Assembly (NCBI GenBank): GCA_009787485.1
Contig: WQWP01000002.1
Coordinates: 1 to 50,321, forward strand
DNA from: Lentimicrobiaceae bacterium
Lineage (GTDB): Bacteria > Bacteroidota > Bacteroidia > Bacteroidales > WCHB1-69
Length of the DNA stretch: 50,321 nt
Direction: 5' to 3'
Shown: positions 16,901 through 24,725 of the stretch, piece after piece
Numbering within the stretch: the first letter of the stretch is position 1
How the letters are laid out: every line of letters begins with the position of its first letter
Program-made: the position numbers and the translations under genes
The notes under the pieces: generated by a model
Database searches by the model: none
What the model was told of the DNA's origin: nothing
Seen by the model: only the letters and a program-made list of their open reading frames with translations

Positions 16901-19326
16901 GGACGACCATTCTTATCAAAGTTAACAACATCATATTGTCGTATTATTCGAGCCAAACTTGGATTGTCCAAATCGTTGGCGCCTACTTCAGGGCCTGCAA
17001 CCTGGAATATTTGGTATCCTTCAAAACGGTAATACCGATCATAAAATATAGTGTCGAAGGTTGTTGAAAACACCGTGGTATCCCCACCAAAATAGATCAC
17101 AGTATCCTTTGTAAAAAAGATCACCGTATCTATTCCGCCTATACTAACTATTAATGAGTCGCTTATAGTAATTTTCATTGAGTCAATACGATGTTGTATT
17201 ACGTCAATTCTAAGTTCTGGAATAGTGGGGTCCATTTCTTCATAGTCTTCCAGTTCATTATTACCTGCGGCGCTATTAGATAACAATAAGATAAGTTTTT
17301 GGTCATATTCTCTAATTGTTAAATTGGGCGCATCTGGGCCATCCAATACTTTGAAACAATTTTCGAACAGCGCCTGACATCTATCATCTGCAATAATTAA
17401 CAGACTGATAGAAGCTTGCACTCCGCCTTGTGTGGCGCGCGCCCACGGAATACCTACCGTGATATAGTTACAAGCGCCTTGTTTGAGAGTAAATGGCCCT
17501 GCAGATTGCATAAAACGGCGGTCATCCGGGGAGTTTCTTTTAGATCCTGTTCCATTCGGGTCTTCTTCCGACCAGGTTCCTGTTCTACCTCCGTTTCCAT
17601 AGATGGCTCCCGGTTGCACTCCTCTGGTGCCCCAGTTGCAATAGTCGGTGCCTCTTGGGAACATAAAATCACACTCCGCAGTATTTTTGTTATCAAAGCC
17701 ATTTCCACCGTAGGTCATTCGTTGACCATTTTTCCATATTCCTCTCAAAAGATTGTAAAATTCAACGGCATTACCGGGGTCTCCAATTTCAGAGCTACTA
17801 TTATTATGGTAAACAAAGCGTCGCATTCCGAAACGTTCATTATCTACAATTCCATCGCCAAAGTTTACACCATTGATGGCAAATTGATTGTTATATCGTA
17901 TAGGCATGGTGTCTTTAGTACCGTCATGATTTGTAATTTCAATTGTTTTCGTAGGGTGAGGTTCTGAAAGATCTTTCGGACCATTCGGATACTGATCAAT
18001 TGGCCACTGTTCAAACAAATAATCTACAAATAGCCTGCAGTATTCTCTTTGTGTCTCACTTCCGGTAGCATCAGCTAACTCTTTATGGAATTTAGGATTG
18101 TCGGAACCGTCCGGGTCAATATAGGGACCTTGAAAGAAGTCCACTCCTACTGCCGGAGGATTAGATCCATAAGCCCAAAACTGTCCGGTGCCATCAATTT
18201 CAACACCATTATAACAATACCCCATACCTCTGTTTACATCACAACCCACATAGTCGTCTTGTGCATATCCCAAGTCGGGGTCCACCCATTGTGAGAAATA
18301 AGTATTTCTGAGTGTATTTCTACCACGGTTAATGATTTCATAAGAATAGAACGTCATTTTATTCAACTCGTCATTAGTAGCAAAAGCAAATGCTTGTACC
18401 CTTATTTCAAGTCCGATAGATCTATTACTTCTTGATTCGGTATGTGCTCCCCCCCTGTCATTAAGGAACCAAAAAATGGTTTCGTCACCTTTAAGTACGT
18501 GGTCTGCATATATCATCATGTTGTCTCTGTATTCGAAGTCTTGTTGTTGGCGTGTCCATATACGTTCCGGAGGCATAGGTAAAGCTTTACTATTTTGATA
18601 TCTTCCTGTTGGGCTGGGATTTGTTCCATCAGCCGACTCGCTCCATGGCAGTTCTTTTGCTCTCTCTCTATTCACATCAGTCCATGGGCAAAGCTCATTC
18701 TCAAAGTCGTAATAAGGATAGTCGCCCAGTTGAGGCCGATACACAGTAGGGTCATTCCCTCCCCATGTTTTATACGGCGCCAAATACATTGATTCTCCAT
18801 CTACTCCATTACCGGGCCATTCTAAAATAGACTGTGGGATCACGTATTCGGGATCATTTTCTATTTGGGCTCTGATATGTCTTTCTACTTCTACACGAGA
18901 AATTGGAAAGAATCTATCATAACGGCTACAGGTAGGTTGGTCAATAGATCCGTCTTTCATTTTCAACGGGCCAGTCCAAAAGTCGTTTCCTCTTTGCCCG
19001 AATGTCATAGCAGCTACATAAAGTTGTTCTGCATCATCTTGTCCTCCAATCCAAAGCGCAGCTGAAAACATAGAGGTTTTACCGGATCCTTTAGGAACCT
19101 CATATTCTGCGATTTCTTTAAACCACATAGTTCCATTGGTTTTCAAGAAGGCTCTTACAAGGTTTAAGGAGAGTTCTGTGTTTCTTGCAGGCGCTAAACA
19201 ATCTGCAGACGCTTTGGGCGCTTTAGTTTTCACAATAGGACCCTTATATTTTTCAGCCTGCACTTGTAAAGTGCCCATCATGAAAATAAGGGATAAAACA
19301 ATTAAAAGTTTAAATTTACTATTCAT
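13945..19326 (-). CDS. 1793-aa secreted protein of unknown function with a T9SS CTD-like C-terminus
   Basis: SPase-I type signal (..LQVQA-EK). No motif I can name across about 1650 aa. The last about 100 aa (IVPNPYYGASLYE...INIFTVSGILVRTL...WDLKNFANIPIAGGVYIIHV...) have the PNP...G.Y pattern of T9SS sorting domains. Confidence 0.6.
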   Translation of the reverse strand: MNSKFKLLIVLSLIFMMGTLQVQAEKYKGPIVKTKAPKASADCLAPARNTELSLNLVRAFLKTNGTMWFKEIAEYEVPKGSGKTSMFSAALWIGGQDDAEQLYVAAMTFGQRGNDFWTGPLKMKDGSIDQPTCSRYDRFFPISRVEVERHIRAQIENDPEYVIPQSILEWPGNGVDGESMYLAPYKTWGGNDPTVYRPQLGDYPYYDFENELCPWTDVNRERAKELPWSESADGTNPSPTGRYQNSKALPMPPERIWTRQQQDFEYRDNMMIYADHVLKGDETIFWFLNDRGGAHTESRSNRSIGLEIRVQAFAFATNDELNKMTFYSYEIINRGRNTLRNTYFSQWVDPDLGYAQDDYVGCDVNRGMGYCYNGVEIDGTGQFWAYGSNPPAVGVDFFQGPYIDPDGSDNPKFHKELADATGSETQREYCRLFVDYLFEQWPIDQYPNGPKDLSEPHPTKTIEITNHDGTKDTMPIRYNNQFAINGVNFGDGIVDNERFGMRRFVYHNNSSSEIGDPGNAVEFYNLLRGIWKNGQRMTYGGNGFDNKNTAECDFMFPRGTDYCNWGTRGVQPGAIYGNGGRTGTWSEEDPNGTGSKRNSPDDRRFMQSAGPFTLKQGACNYITVGIPWARATQGGVQASISLLIIADDRCQALFENCFKVLDGPDAPNLTIREYDQKLILLLSNSAAGNNELEDYEEMDPTIPELRIDVIQHRIDSMKITISDSLIVSIGGIDTVIFFTKDTVIYFGGDTTVFSTTFDTIFYDRYYRFEGYQIFQVAGPEVGANDLDNPSLARIIRQYDVVNFDKNGRPVGRLINWEFDESLQVPVPREKVDGANLGIEHSFEVIQDAFATGNRQLVNYKTYYFIAIAYAYNEYAPFFIDDSSPIGLVGQKLPYLRGRKTAEGRSVTAIPAIPHPPSVHGGGLTLNSDYGSIPNIIRVDGQGNGGVPLELTKETIDYIVKGGDKDAAGNSTFRAAELKYEKNAGPLNVKVIDPLRVKPYDYTIIIRDSVINNATTDLSNDAYWILSIDPTVSDEELIEAGLIDNYGNAMRVFTSQTSIGQHNEQIIFPLGISVGITNIDFVNTQPEIIAIWGRIMGDTLGIVKYNDYKAKLHYAQSRKIDPPQGDVIFERPNSQWITGLMSASVDVPSNWIRAGNRDKGKWEDPAAYAGNPPVKNEYERWRLEDAFFITNRLSFRVDQQTGAPNWIQDRAFKDYTGEFRTLCNGTWAPYVLASPYDGGPQAKYVNPDENTFPRPGPGTTTIQAQEPLPAYYSFQDIQLPTRQPGYNQTMTNLYSVDIVLTPDRDKWTRCVVLESCSDRTKAEGGALKNEPRKAISVDKDGNPTPDATDGFGPTGNQGMGWFPGYAVNLETGERLNIMFGENSDTTLAKYGNLINGNDMIFNPTYVYALATKDVDTLDIPFIRAGTPIPQWQYDMLFEFVQINQRVRLTDLGIERIWGGMHYVYICNSAGNTAGLFFNSDGLYGGVAKPSDSPPNHNPNHYGYHFPENDFLNNAKRNFNLMDTLIRTPSGGNMAPSVAYESFIDPETKKYPAYECPSYDQGEWLVQKFNQFMIPNHPTRPRLPLTIIWERTIKMQLFNNVMYTHIPMQPEDPELRRQWLSSEVTYKIRVTRPYMRYISRWYNSPAQRQYTVPADLDHLGYPVYKVSTKELAPTFNDTRVYQTVLDQINIVPNPYYGASLYEGNALETMVKITNLPTGLKNDAPVTINIFTVSGILVRTLTKGDTETSFVNWDLKNFANIPIAGGVYIIHVNCPGIGERMLKFFCTMRPTDLNTF

Positions 19327-19353
19327 ATTATTTATATTTTACAAGGTGAAACA

Positions 19354-22300
19354 TTAAAAAGAAAACGATACGCCCAAGTGCACTCTAAAGGGTCGTGTAA
19401 AATTATAGGGATTTGCAATTGCCATTTCGTAGAAATTGATAGCTGAAGCTACCGGCATTCCGAAAGCAGTTCCTCTTGCTATTTGAGTTTGGAACAAGGA
19501 GGAAGACAGGTATCCGTCATCAATCGGGCTTCCTGTGTAGTCGTAAACACCTTGTACATTCTTTATATTGAAGAGGTTTTGAAAGTCTAAATATACAGTA
19601 AGCAAACCGGGTTTATTTTTGCGTTTTCCGCCTTCGGTTTCTTTTTTACTTGCTAAATTGAGGAAGAACGATTTATCAATACGCATATCACAGGTAAAGA
19701 TCCAGGGCATATTCGCTCCGTTGATAGATCCTTTTAGCTGTCCGGCTTTTCTTTCTCCCCATTGTAAAGCGGAATATACGATAGCCGAGCGTGAATAAGG
19801 CATACCGGAAGCCGCAGAGGCCATTAAGGTGACTCCTGAGTTTTCCAACCACCTAATCTCCTTTGTTCTATCAGTACCTCTCTTTTGTTTAATAGTTTTT
19901 GGCCCGTTGTACTGAGTTCCCGAGTGGAAGCGGAGGTCAATGGTTCCGGAAATATTATGCCGCTGGTCGTCCGATAAGTTAACCAATGTTCTCAAGTTCG
20001 GTTGTCCCGAAGCGATAATGGCAAGGTTTGAACCCGGGCTTGATCCGGTTCCTTTAGCAAACTGTAAGGTGTAGTTTATACGGAAAGATAAATTCTTAGT
20101 ACCCCTCATGTCAAGTCCTAACACATATCCTTGTACTGTACCAAAGTCTTGGTTTTCGAAAGAGTAATAAGTGTTTGGATAAGCGCCTGTGAAACGGTAA
20201 GATTGAATCATGTCTCTTTTTTCGGAGTAGTAAGCCGCAATACGAAGCGCTGCATTTTCTCCTACTTTTTGCCGGAATCCGATTTCATAGTCCACACTTC
20301 GCTGTGCGCGCAGTTTCGGGTTATTAATAATGTCGTTAGCAGATTGATTGTTTGTAATAAACAAATAGGAAACGGGGTCAATGAGCAAATTCGTAGCGCG
20401 GTAAGTAATAATGTTATAGTGCGCATAAAACAGTGAGTTGGTAGATACCGGGAAAGAGAATGAAATCCGTGGCATCAAACTCCATTGAGGGTTATACCTT
20501 TCAAACGCATCGCTTGAAACTTTAGAAGGAGCGTCGGGATCGAGCGCCTCTCTTAAAATGGGTCCACCTGTTCCCAAAACGCCGGTGGGGTCAGTAATTT
20601 CTTGTCCTCTGTTATTATACCATGTTTTTCCCTCTCTATAGGCTACCACTCCCGATGTTGGTGCGCCTCCCAAATCATTATCAGCAGTAGATATATAAGG
20701 AACCCAGTCTCCGGTAGCGTTATTGGGGAAGCTGAAATTTCTCCAGGCTTCGGGAACGTTTGGATTGTTTCGGAGTTGTCCTACCGTCCAGGCATCTCTC
20801 AATAAGAACGGGTCTCTTAATACCCATTGGTTGGCATTAAAATAGTCTAAACGTAATCCTACATTGAAAAGGAGGTTAGAAATAGAGAACTTATCTTGTA
20901 AGAAAATCGCCAAATAAACCGGTTCAAAAGCGCCGATAGCATATTTATCTTTTTCGTGCAAATCTCCTCCGCTGAAAAAGTTAGTTAAGCTTATTTTTTT
21001 ATTTGAGATGGCGCCGGTATAGTCGTATCCGCTATAGTTAACCAACGGATTAATACCATTTCTGAGCAACTCGAAATTAGAGAATAAATCTAAACTGAAA
21101 TCATTGGGGTCATAGCTGTCAATATCAAGAAATATTTGATTATTGTCAATGCCTCTGCGTGCTCTAAGATTTCTGTCAAAATTAGAAAGATTGGTCAAAA
21201 TAGGATACATAAGTGTATCTATAATGGCTCCTGTGGTGGGATCGAACACGGGGTTGTTACCACCAAGTTGCCAGTATGGGTTTGCAAAATCGAAGGGGAA
21301 CTGGCCGTCGTCGTAAGTCAACTCTCTCATACGACTCCACAAGCCTATAGCGTTCACAGAATAATTTCTGGTGGTAAGTTTTTCAAATTCAAATCCAAAC
21401 TTCACATCGTGGTCTTTAATATTAAGAGATAAACTGGCTCTTGCGCCAATGGCGTCTTGTCTCGCTTTGGAATACCCTCCTGCATTGCGCCCCGGTGAGG
21501 TATATAATCCGTTGGCAATATTGTTGGGAATATCTCCATTTAAAAGCGCTTGATAGTTTCCATATACTTCATTAGTTAAGTTGAAACCTCCCAGAAACTG
21601 CCAAACTAAAGCGCGGTCAACGTCAGAAGCGTTGTTAATATCTACCCCTGTTTTTTCTTTTATAAAATCAATGAAATTTTGAGTATAAGGTAATAATTCG
21701 GGATTATAATAGTTTCCGTTATTGAGATATCCGTCTTTTTCAAATGTTACCCAGTTTGCAGCCTGATAGTTTACCAATTTCATAGCCCTCATCATACTAT
21801 CTCTTCCGGTAAAGGGGTTATATACCTGCATCATTTCCGGCATATACAAGTCGCTTCTTTCGGTAGTAAACTTACCGATATAGCCATATCCGAAGAGGTT
21901 ATCTTTAAGAACTCTGTCTTGAGATTTTCCATTATATAATGTATAATTAACATTAATGTCATACATTACATTTTTTAGGATAGCATTTGCGGCGGTATCT
22001 GTTTTTACGCGGTGGTTTATTCTGGCGCTTAAACGCAGTGTATTATTTACCCCCATTCCGCTATTGTTTGCATTAAAGAGTGCATTGAATCTTCCCCAGT
22101 TAAGCCATTCCATGTATTCATACGATCCGGTGAAAGAGATGCGGAGATTGTTTTTGGATCTTCCTCGTGCATCTTTTCCACCTCCCATAATATCAATTTT
22201 TCCGGTAGCAATAAAGCCCCAGTCTTGAGCTTGCTGACGTACTCTTACTTGTTTAAAAGCGTCGCTTCCCAAATCATTCGCTCTGTAATAAGGCACGTAT

Positions 22301-23235
22301 CTTCCGGTAGCGAATCTGTATTCGATGGGGTTGTTAATAATATCTTGCGTAACCTCTGGTTTAGCCATCCATGATCCGCCTCGGAGTGGTCGGCTGTCCA
22401 TGTTATAAGTACCTTCGGCAGCGATGAAGAATCCCATACGTGGTGGGTCTTGGGGGGTTTTACCTCTAAGAATAGGACCGGAGATGTTAGCTGCAGCCAA
22501 CATTTGTCCATATCCTTCCACAGAGCTTCGGAGTTCTACGCTTCCGTGGTAGTCTTTCGCTACGCCACGGGTGGTGATCACGGTGAAGCTCGTACCGTCT
22601 CCAAATTCAGCGGGGATACCGCCTTGAATAAGTTCGGCGCCTTCCACCGCTTGCATGGGCACGCCGGCATTTCCACGCACCCGCACGCCGTCGATCATGG
22701 TTTGTTGACCATCACTACGGTTACCGCGCACGGCTGCGATATTGCCGTCCACAGAGGCAACACCGTCTAAGTTTGAGAGGGCGGCCGTAATAGAACGTCC
22801 GGGCGTTTTACGCACTTCATCTCCGGTTAATTTTGAAGAGGAGGTCGTGTTGTCTTGCGAGAAGATGGGTGGTACCCATTCCACTATTACCTCTTCCAAT
22901 TCGGTAGAAGCGCAATCAACCACAAGGTTAACAAACTTCACTTCCGAAGCTGACACATAAATACCCGTTTGGGTGTAGGTAATCGGGCAAGTTGCTCCAC
23001 CGGCAGTAATGTCGTACGTACCTGCTGCAATACCAAAGATTGAGTATTCGCCGCGGTCATCGGTGTATCCACCGTTGAGCACCTTACCATCCTGTTTTAA
23101 AAGAATTTGCAGGAATGGTACCGGAGATCCGTCAGGACTTTTTACTACCCCTTTAATGGTACTTTGGGCGTAAAGCACGCTCCCAGCCAACATACACAAA
23201 GAAAGTGTAAAGAGTAATTTTTTAATCATAGCCAT
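19354..23235 (-). CDS. TonB-dependent receptor-type outer-membrane protein, oversized (1293 aa), with N-terminal carboxypeptidase-regulatory-like domain
   Basis: Signal peptide, then STIKGVVKSPDGSPVPFLQILL...GTYDI (CarboxypepD_reg-like). A plug-like region follows (AAVRGNRSDGQQTMIDGVRV...ELIQGGIPAEFGD), then a long beta-rich region ending ...HLGVSFSF. Confidence 0.7.
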   Translation of the reverse strand: MAMIKKLLFTLSLCMLAGSVLYAQSTIKGVVKSPDGSPVPFLQILLKQDGKVLNGGYTDDRGEYSIFGIAAGTYDITAGGATCPITYTQTGIYVSASEVKFVNLVVDCASTELEEVIVEWVPPIFSQDNTTSSSKLTGDEVRKTPGRSITAALSNLDGVASVDGNIAAVRGNRSDGQQTMIDGVRVRGNAGVPMQAVEGAELIQGGIPAEFGDGTSFTVITTRGVAKDYHGSVELRSSVEGYGQMLAAANISGPILRGKTPQDPPRMGFFIAAEGTYNMDSRPLRGGSWMAKPEVTQDIINNPIEYRFATGRYVPYYRANDLGSDAFKQVRVRQQAQDWGFIATGKIDIMGGGKDARGRSKNNLRISFTGSYEYMEWLNWGRFNALFNANNSGMGVNNTLRLSARINHRVKTDTAANAILKNVMYDINVNYTLYNGKSQDRVLKDNLFGYGYIGKFTTERSDLYMPEMMQVYNPFTGRDSMMRAMKLVNYQAANWVTFEKDGYLNNGNYYNPELLPYTQNFIDFIKEKTGVDINNASDVDRALVWQFLGGFNLTNEVYGNYQALLNGDIPNNIANGLYTSPGRNAGGYSKARQDAIGARASLSLNIKDHDVKFGFEFEKLTTRNYSVNAIGLWSRMRELTYDDGQFPFDFANPYWQLGGNNPVFDPTTGAIIDTLMYPILTNLSNFDRNLRARRGIDNNQIFLDIDSYDPNDFSLDLFSNFELLRNGINPLVNYSGYDYTGAISNKKISLTNFFSGGDLHEKDKYAIGAFEPVYLAIFLQDKFSISNLLFNVGLRLDYFNANQWVLRDPFLLRDAWTVGQLRNNPNVPEAWRNFSFPNNATGDWVPYISTADNDLGGAPTSGVVAYREGKTWYNNRGQEITDPTGVLGTGGPILREALDPDAPSKVSSDAFERYNPQWSLMPRISFSFPVSTNSLFYAHYNIITYRATNLLIDPVSYLFITNNQSANDIINNPKLRAQRSVDYEIGFRQKVGENAALRIAAYYSEKRDMIQSYRFTGAYPNTYYSFENQDFGTVQGYVLGLDMRGTKNLSFRINYTLQFAKGTGSSPGSNLAIIASGQPNLRTLVNLSDDQRHNISGTIDLRFHSGTQYNGPKTIKQKRGTDRTKEIRWLENSGVTLMASAASGMPYSRSAIVYSALQWGERKAGQLKGSINGANMPWIFTCDMRIDKSFFLNLASKKETEGGKRKNKPGLLTVYLDFQNLFNIKNVQGVYDYTGSPIDDGYLSSSLFQTQIARGTAFGMPVASAINFYEMAIANPYNFTRPFRVHLGVSFSF

Positions 23236-23343
23236 TAAATTATATTAAACATAAAATTAGAATTTTCAGGAATGCGAAAATATGAATTATTTCTTTTCGG
23301 TTACAAAGAAATAAAAAAAAATCATAAAAAAAGCAGTAATTAA

Positions 23344-23751
23344 TTAGCTTTTAGTGTTTTTAAAAATCTCACTAAACAAGAAAGCTCTTTGAAGCTCTGT
23401 GCCTTCAAAACCTTCTAATAATACAATATTATTTTCTGAATCAATATTTTGTGAAATGTTTTCAGAAGTTTTTACGGGAGGACTCACTGTTCCTGTATTT
23501 TGTGTTTTTTTATTTTTTTTGTTCGTTTTTGTATAAAAATCGGCATTTTGTGGTGAATTATGAACATCATATTGTCGAAAAATGACTACCGGATCGAGGG
23601 GATTATACGAGTCTGCTTCCTGTGGAAAATCATGATAAGACTCTTCCGCTCTTTCCGGCGAAGATTGCTTTTTCTTTTTCGATTTTATATACAAGCTAAA
23701 AATTGAAATAGCGATTGCGAAGAGTAAAAATATGATTTGTTCGGTGTCCAT
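23344..23751 (-). CDS. Hypothetical single-pass membrane protein
   Basis: 135 aa with an N-terminal TM helix (IIFLLFAIAISIFSLYI), a lysine-rich stretch and a low-complexity tail. It lies 20 nt downstream of the exonuclease gene. Confidence 0.45.
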   Translation of the reverse strand: MDTEQIIFLLFAIAISIFSLYIKSKKKKQSSPERAEESYHDFPQEADSYNPLDPVVIFRQYDVHNSPQNADFYTKTNKKNKKTQNTGTVSPPVKTSENISQNIDSENNIVLLEGFEGTELQRAFLFSEIFKNTKS

Positions 23752-23771
23752 AATTATTGATTTAAATTTTC

Positions 23772-24581
23772 TTACCTCACACCCCTTACCTCTCTGTAAA
23801 TTCTTGATATTATTTTTTTCGTATAAAGCGGAAAGTCGGCTTTCATCATCCAGTCGTAGTAAGGAGGTTCTATCATGAAAACTTTTTTAACCGGCACGCC
23901 TTTATACTTTCCAAAGTTGAAGACTTCTTCGTCGTTTTCATTGAAAATAACGTGTCCGGCAAAATCAACGGTGCGGTTCTCACGAGAAAAATTGCTGAGC
24001 ATTTTTACGTTGTTTTCTAAAGTGGTAACTTTTCCGGTTTTGGCGTCTTCGTGTGTTTGTCCTTCATACTTAGCTAATTGTCCTTTTAAAATTTCAAAAG
24101 TAGCGCGCGTATCTGCGAGAGCTTGGTGTGCATTGGTTAATTCTTTTTGGCAGTAAAAACGATAAGCGGCGCTTAAATTCCGCGGCTCCATTTTATGAAA
24201 GATGTTTTGCACGTCAATGCAATTTTTGTCTCTTAAATCAAGGTCTTTGTCTATTCTCAAAAACTCTTCTACCAACAAAGGCAGGTCAAACTTATTGGAA
24301 TTGTAACCCGCCAAGTCGCAACTTTCTAAAAACAAGAGAATTTCGTTTGCTACTTCTGCAAAAACGGGCTCGTTTTTCAAGTCGGCGCTGCTAATGCCGT
24401 GCACCGCTTCCGCTTCTTTAGCAATAGGCATTTCGGGGTTTATGCGCCATACTTTTTCTTCCTCACTGCCGTTGGGATTTATTTTGAGCAAGGCTAACTC
24501 TATAATTTTATCTTTTCCAATATTTAAACCGGTTGTTTCTACGTCGAAGAAGACAATGGGGCGGGAGAGGGTTAAAGTCAT
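23772..24581 (-). CDS. DEDDh 3'-5' exonuclease (DnaQ/Pol III epsilon-like) with a C-terminal extension
   Basis: ExoI FFDVETTGL, ExoII GYNSNKFDLPLL, ExoIII HQALADTRAT. Confidence 0.85.
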   Translation of the reverse strand: MTLTLSRPIVFFDVETTGLNIGKDKIIELALLKINPNGSEEEKVWRINPEMPIAKEAEAVHGISSADLKNEPVFAEVANEILLFLESCDLAGYNSNKFDLPLLVEEFLRIDKDLDLRDKNCIDVQNIFHKMEPRNLSAAYRFYCQKELTNAHQALADTRATFEILKGQLAKYEGQTHEDAKTGKVTTLENNVKMLSNFSRENRTVDFAGHVIFNENDEEVFNFGKYKGVPVKKVFMIEPPYYDWMMKADFPLYTKKIISRIYREVRGVR

Positions 24582-24664
24582 TAGTGGTTAGTGGTTAGTG
24601 GTTAACGGTTAGTGATTAGTGGTTAGTGGTTAGTGGTTAGTGGTATGAGGTATGTGGTATGTGG
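24581..24664. repeat. 7-nt microsatellite, 12 units (TTAGTGG x9 with variants, then TATGTGG-type x3)
   Basis: Read directly: ttagtgg ttagtgg ttagtgg ttaacgg ttagtga ttagtgg x4 tatgagg tatgtgg tatgtgg. The first unit overlaps the last base of the exonuclease ATG (minus strand ...CCACTAATG). Confidence 0.9.
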
Positions 24665-24725
24665 TATTATTCAATATTCAGTCCTGTCTTGAATTAAATT
24701 CAGGATAATTCAGGACAATAAACTT

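Noticed and set aside
17416-17967. 183-aa antisense ORF inside the 1793-aa gene
   Set aside because: It has no start context or motif and is fully embedded opposite a long uninterrupted ORF.
24581-24664. Possible CRISPR array
   Set aside because: The unit is only 7 nt with no spacers and no cas genes. It is a microsatellite.
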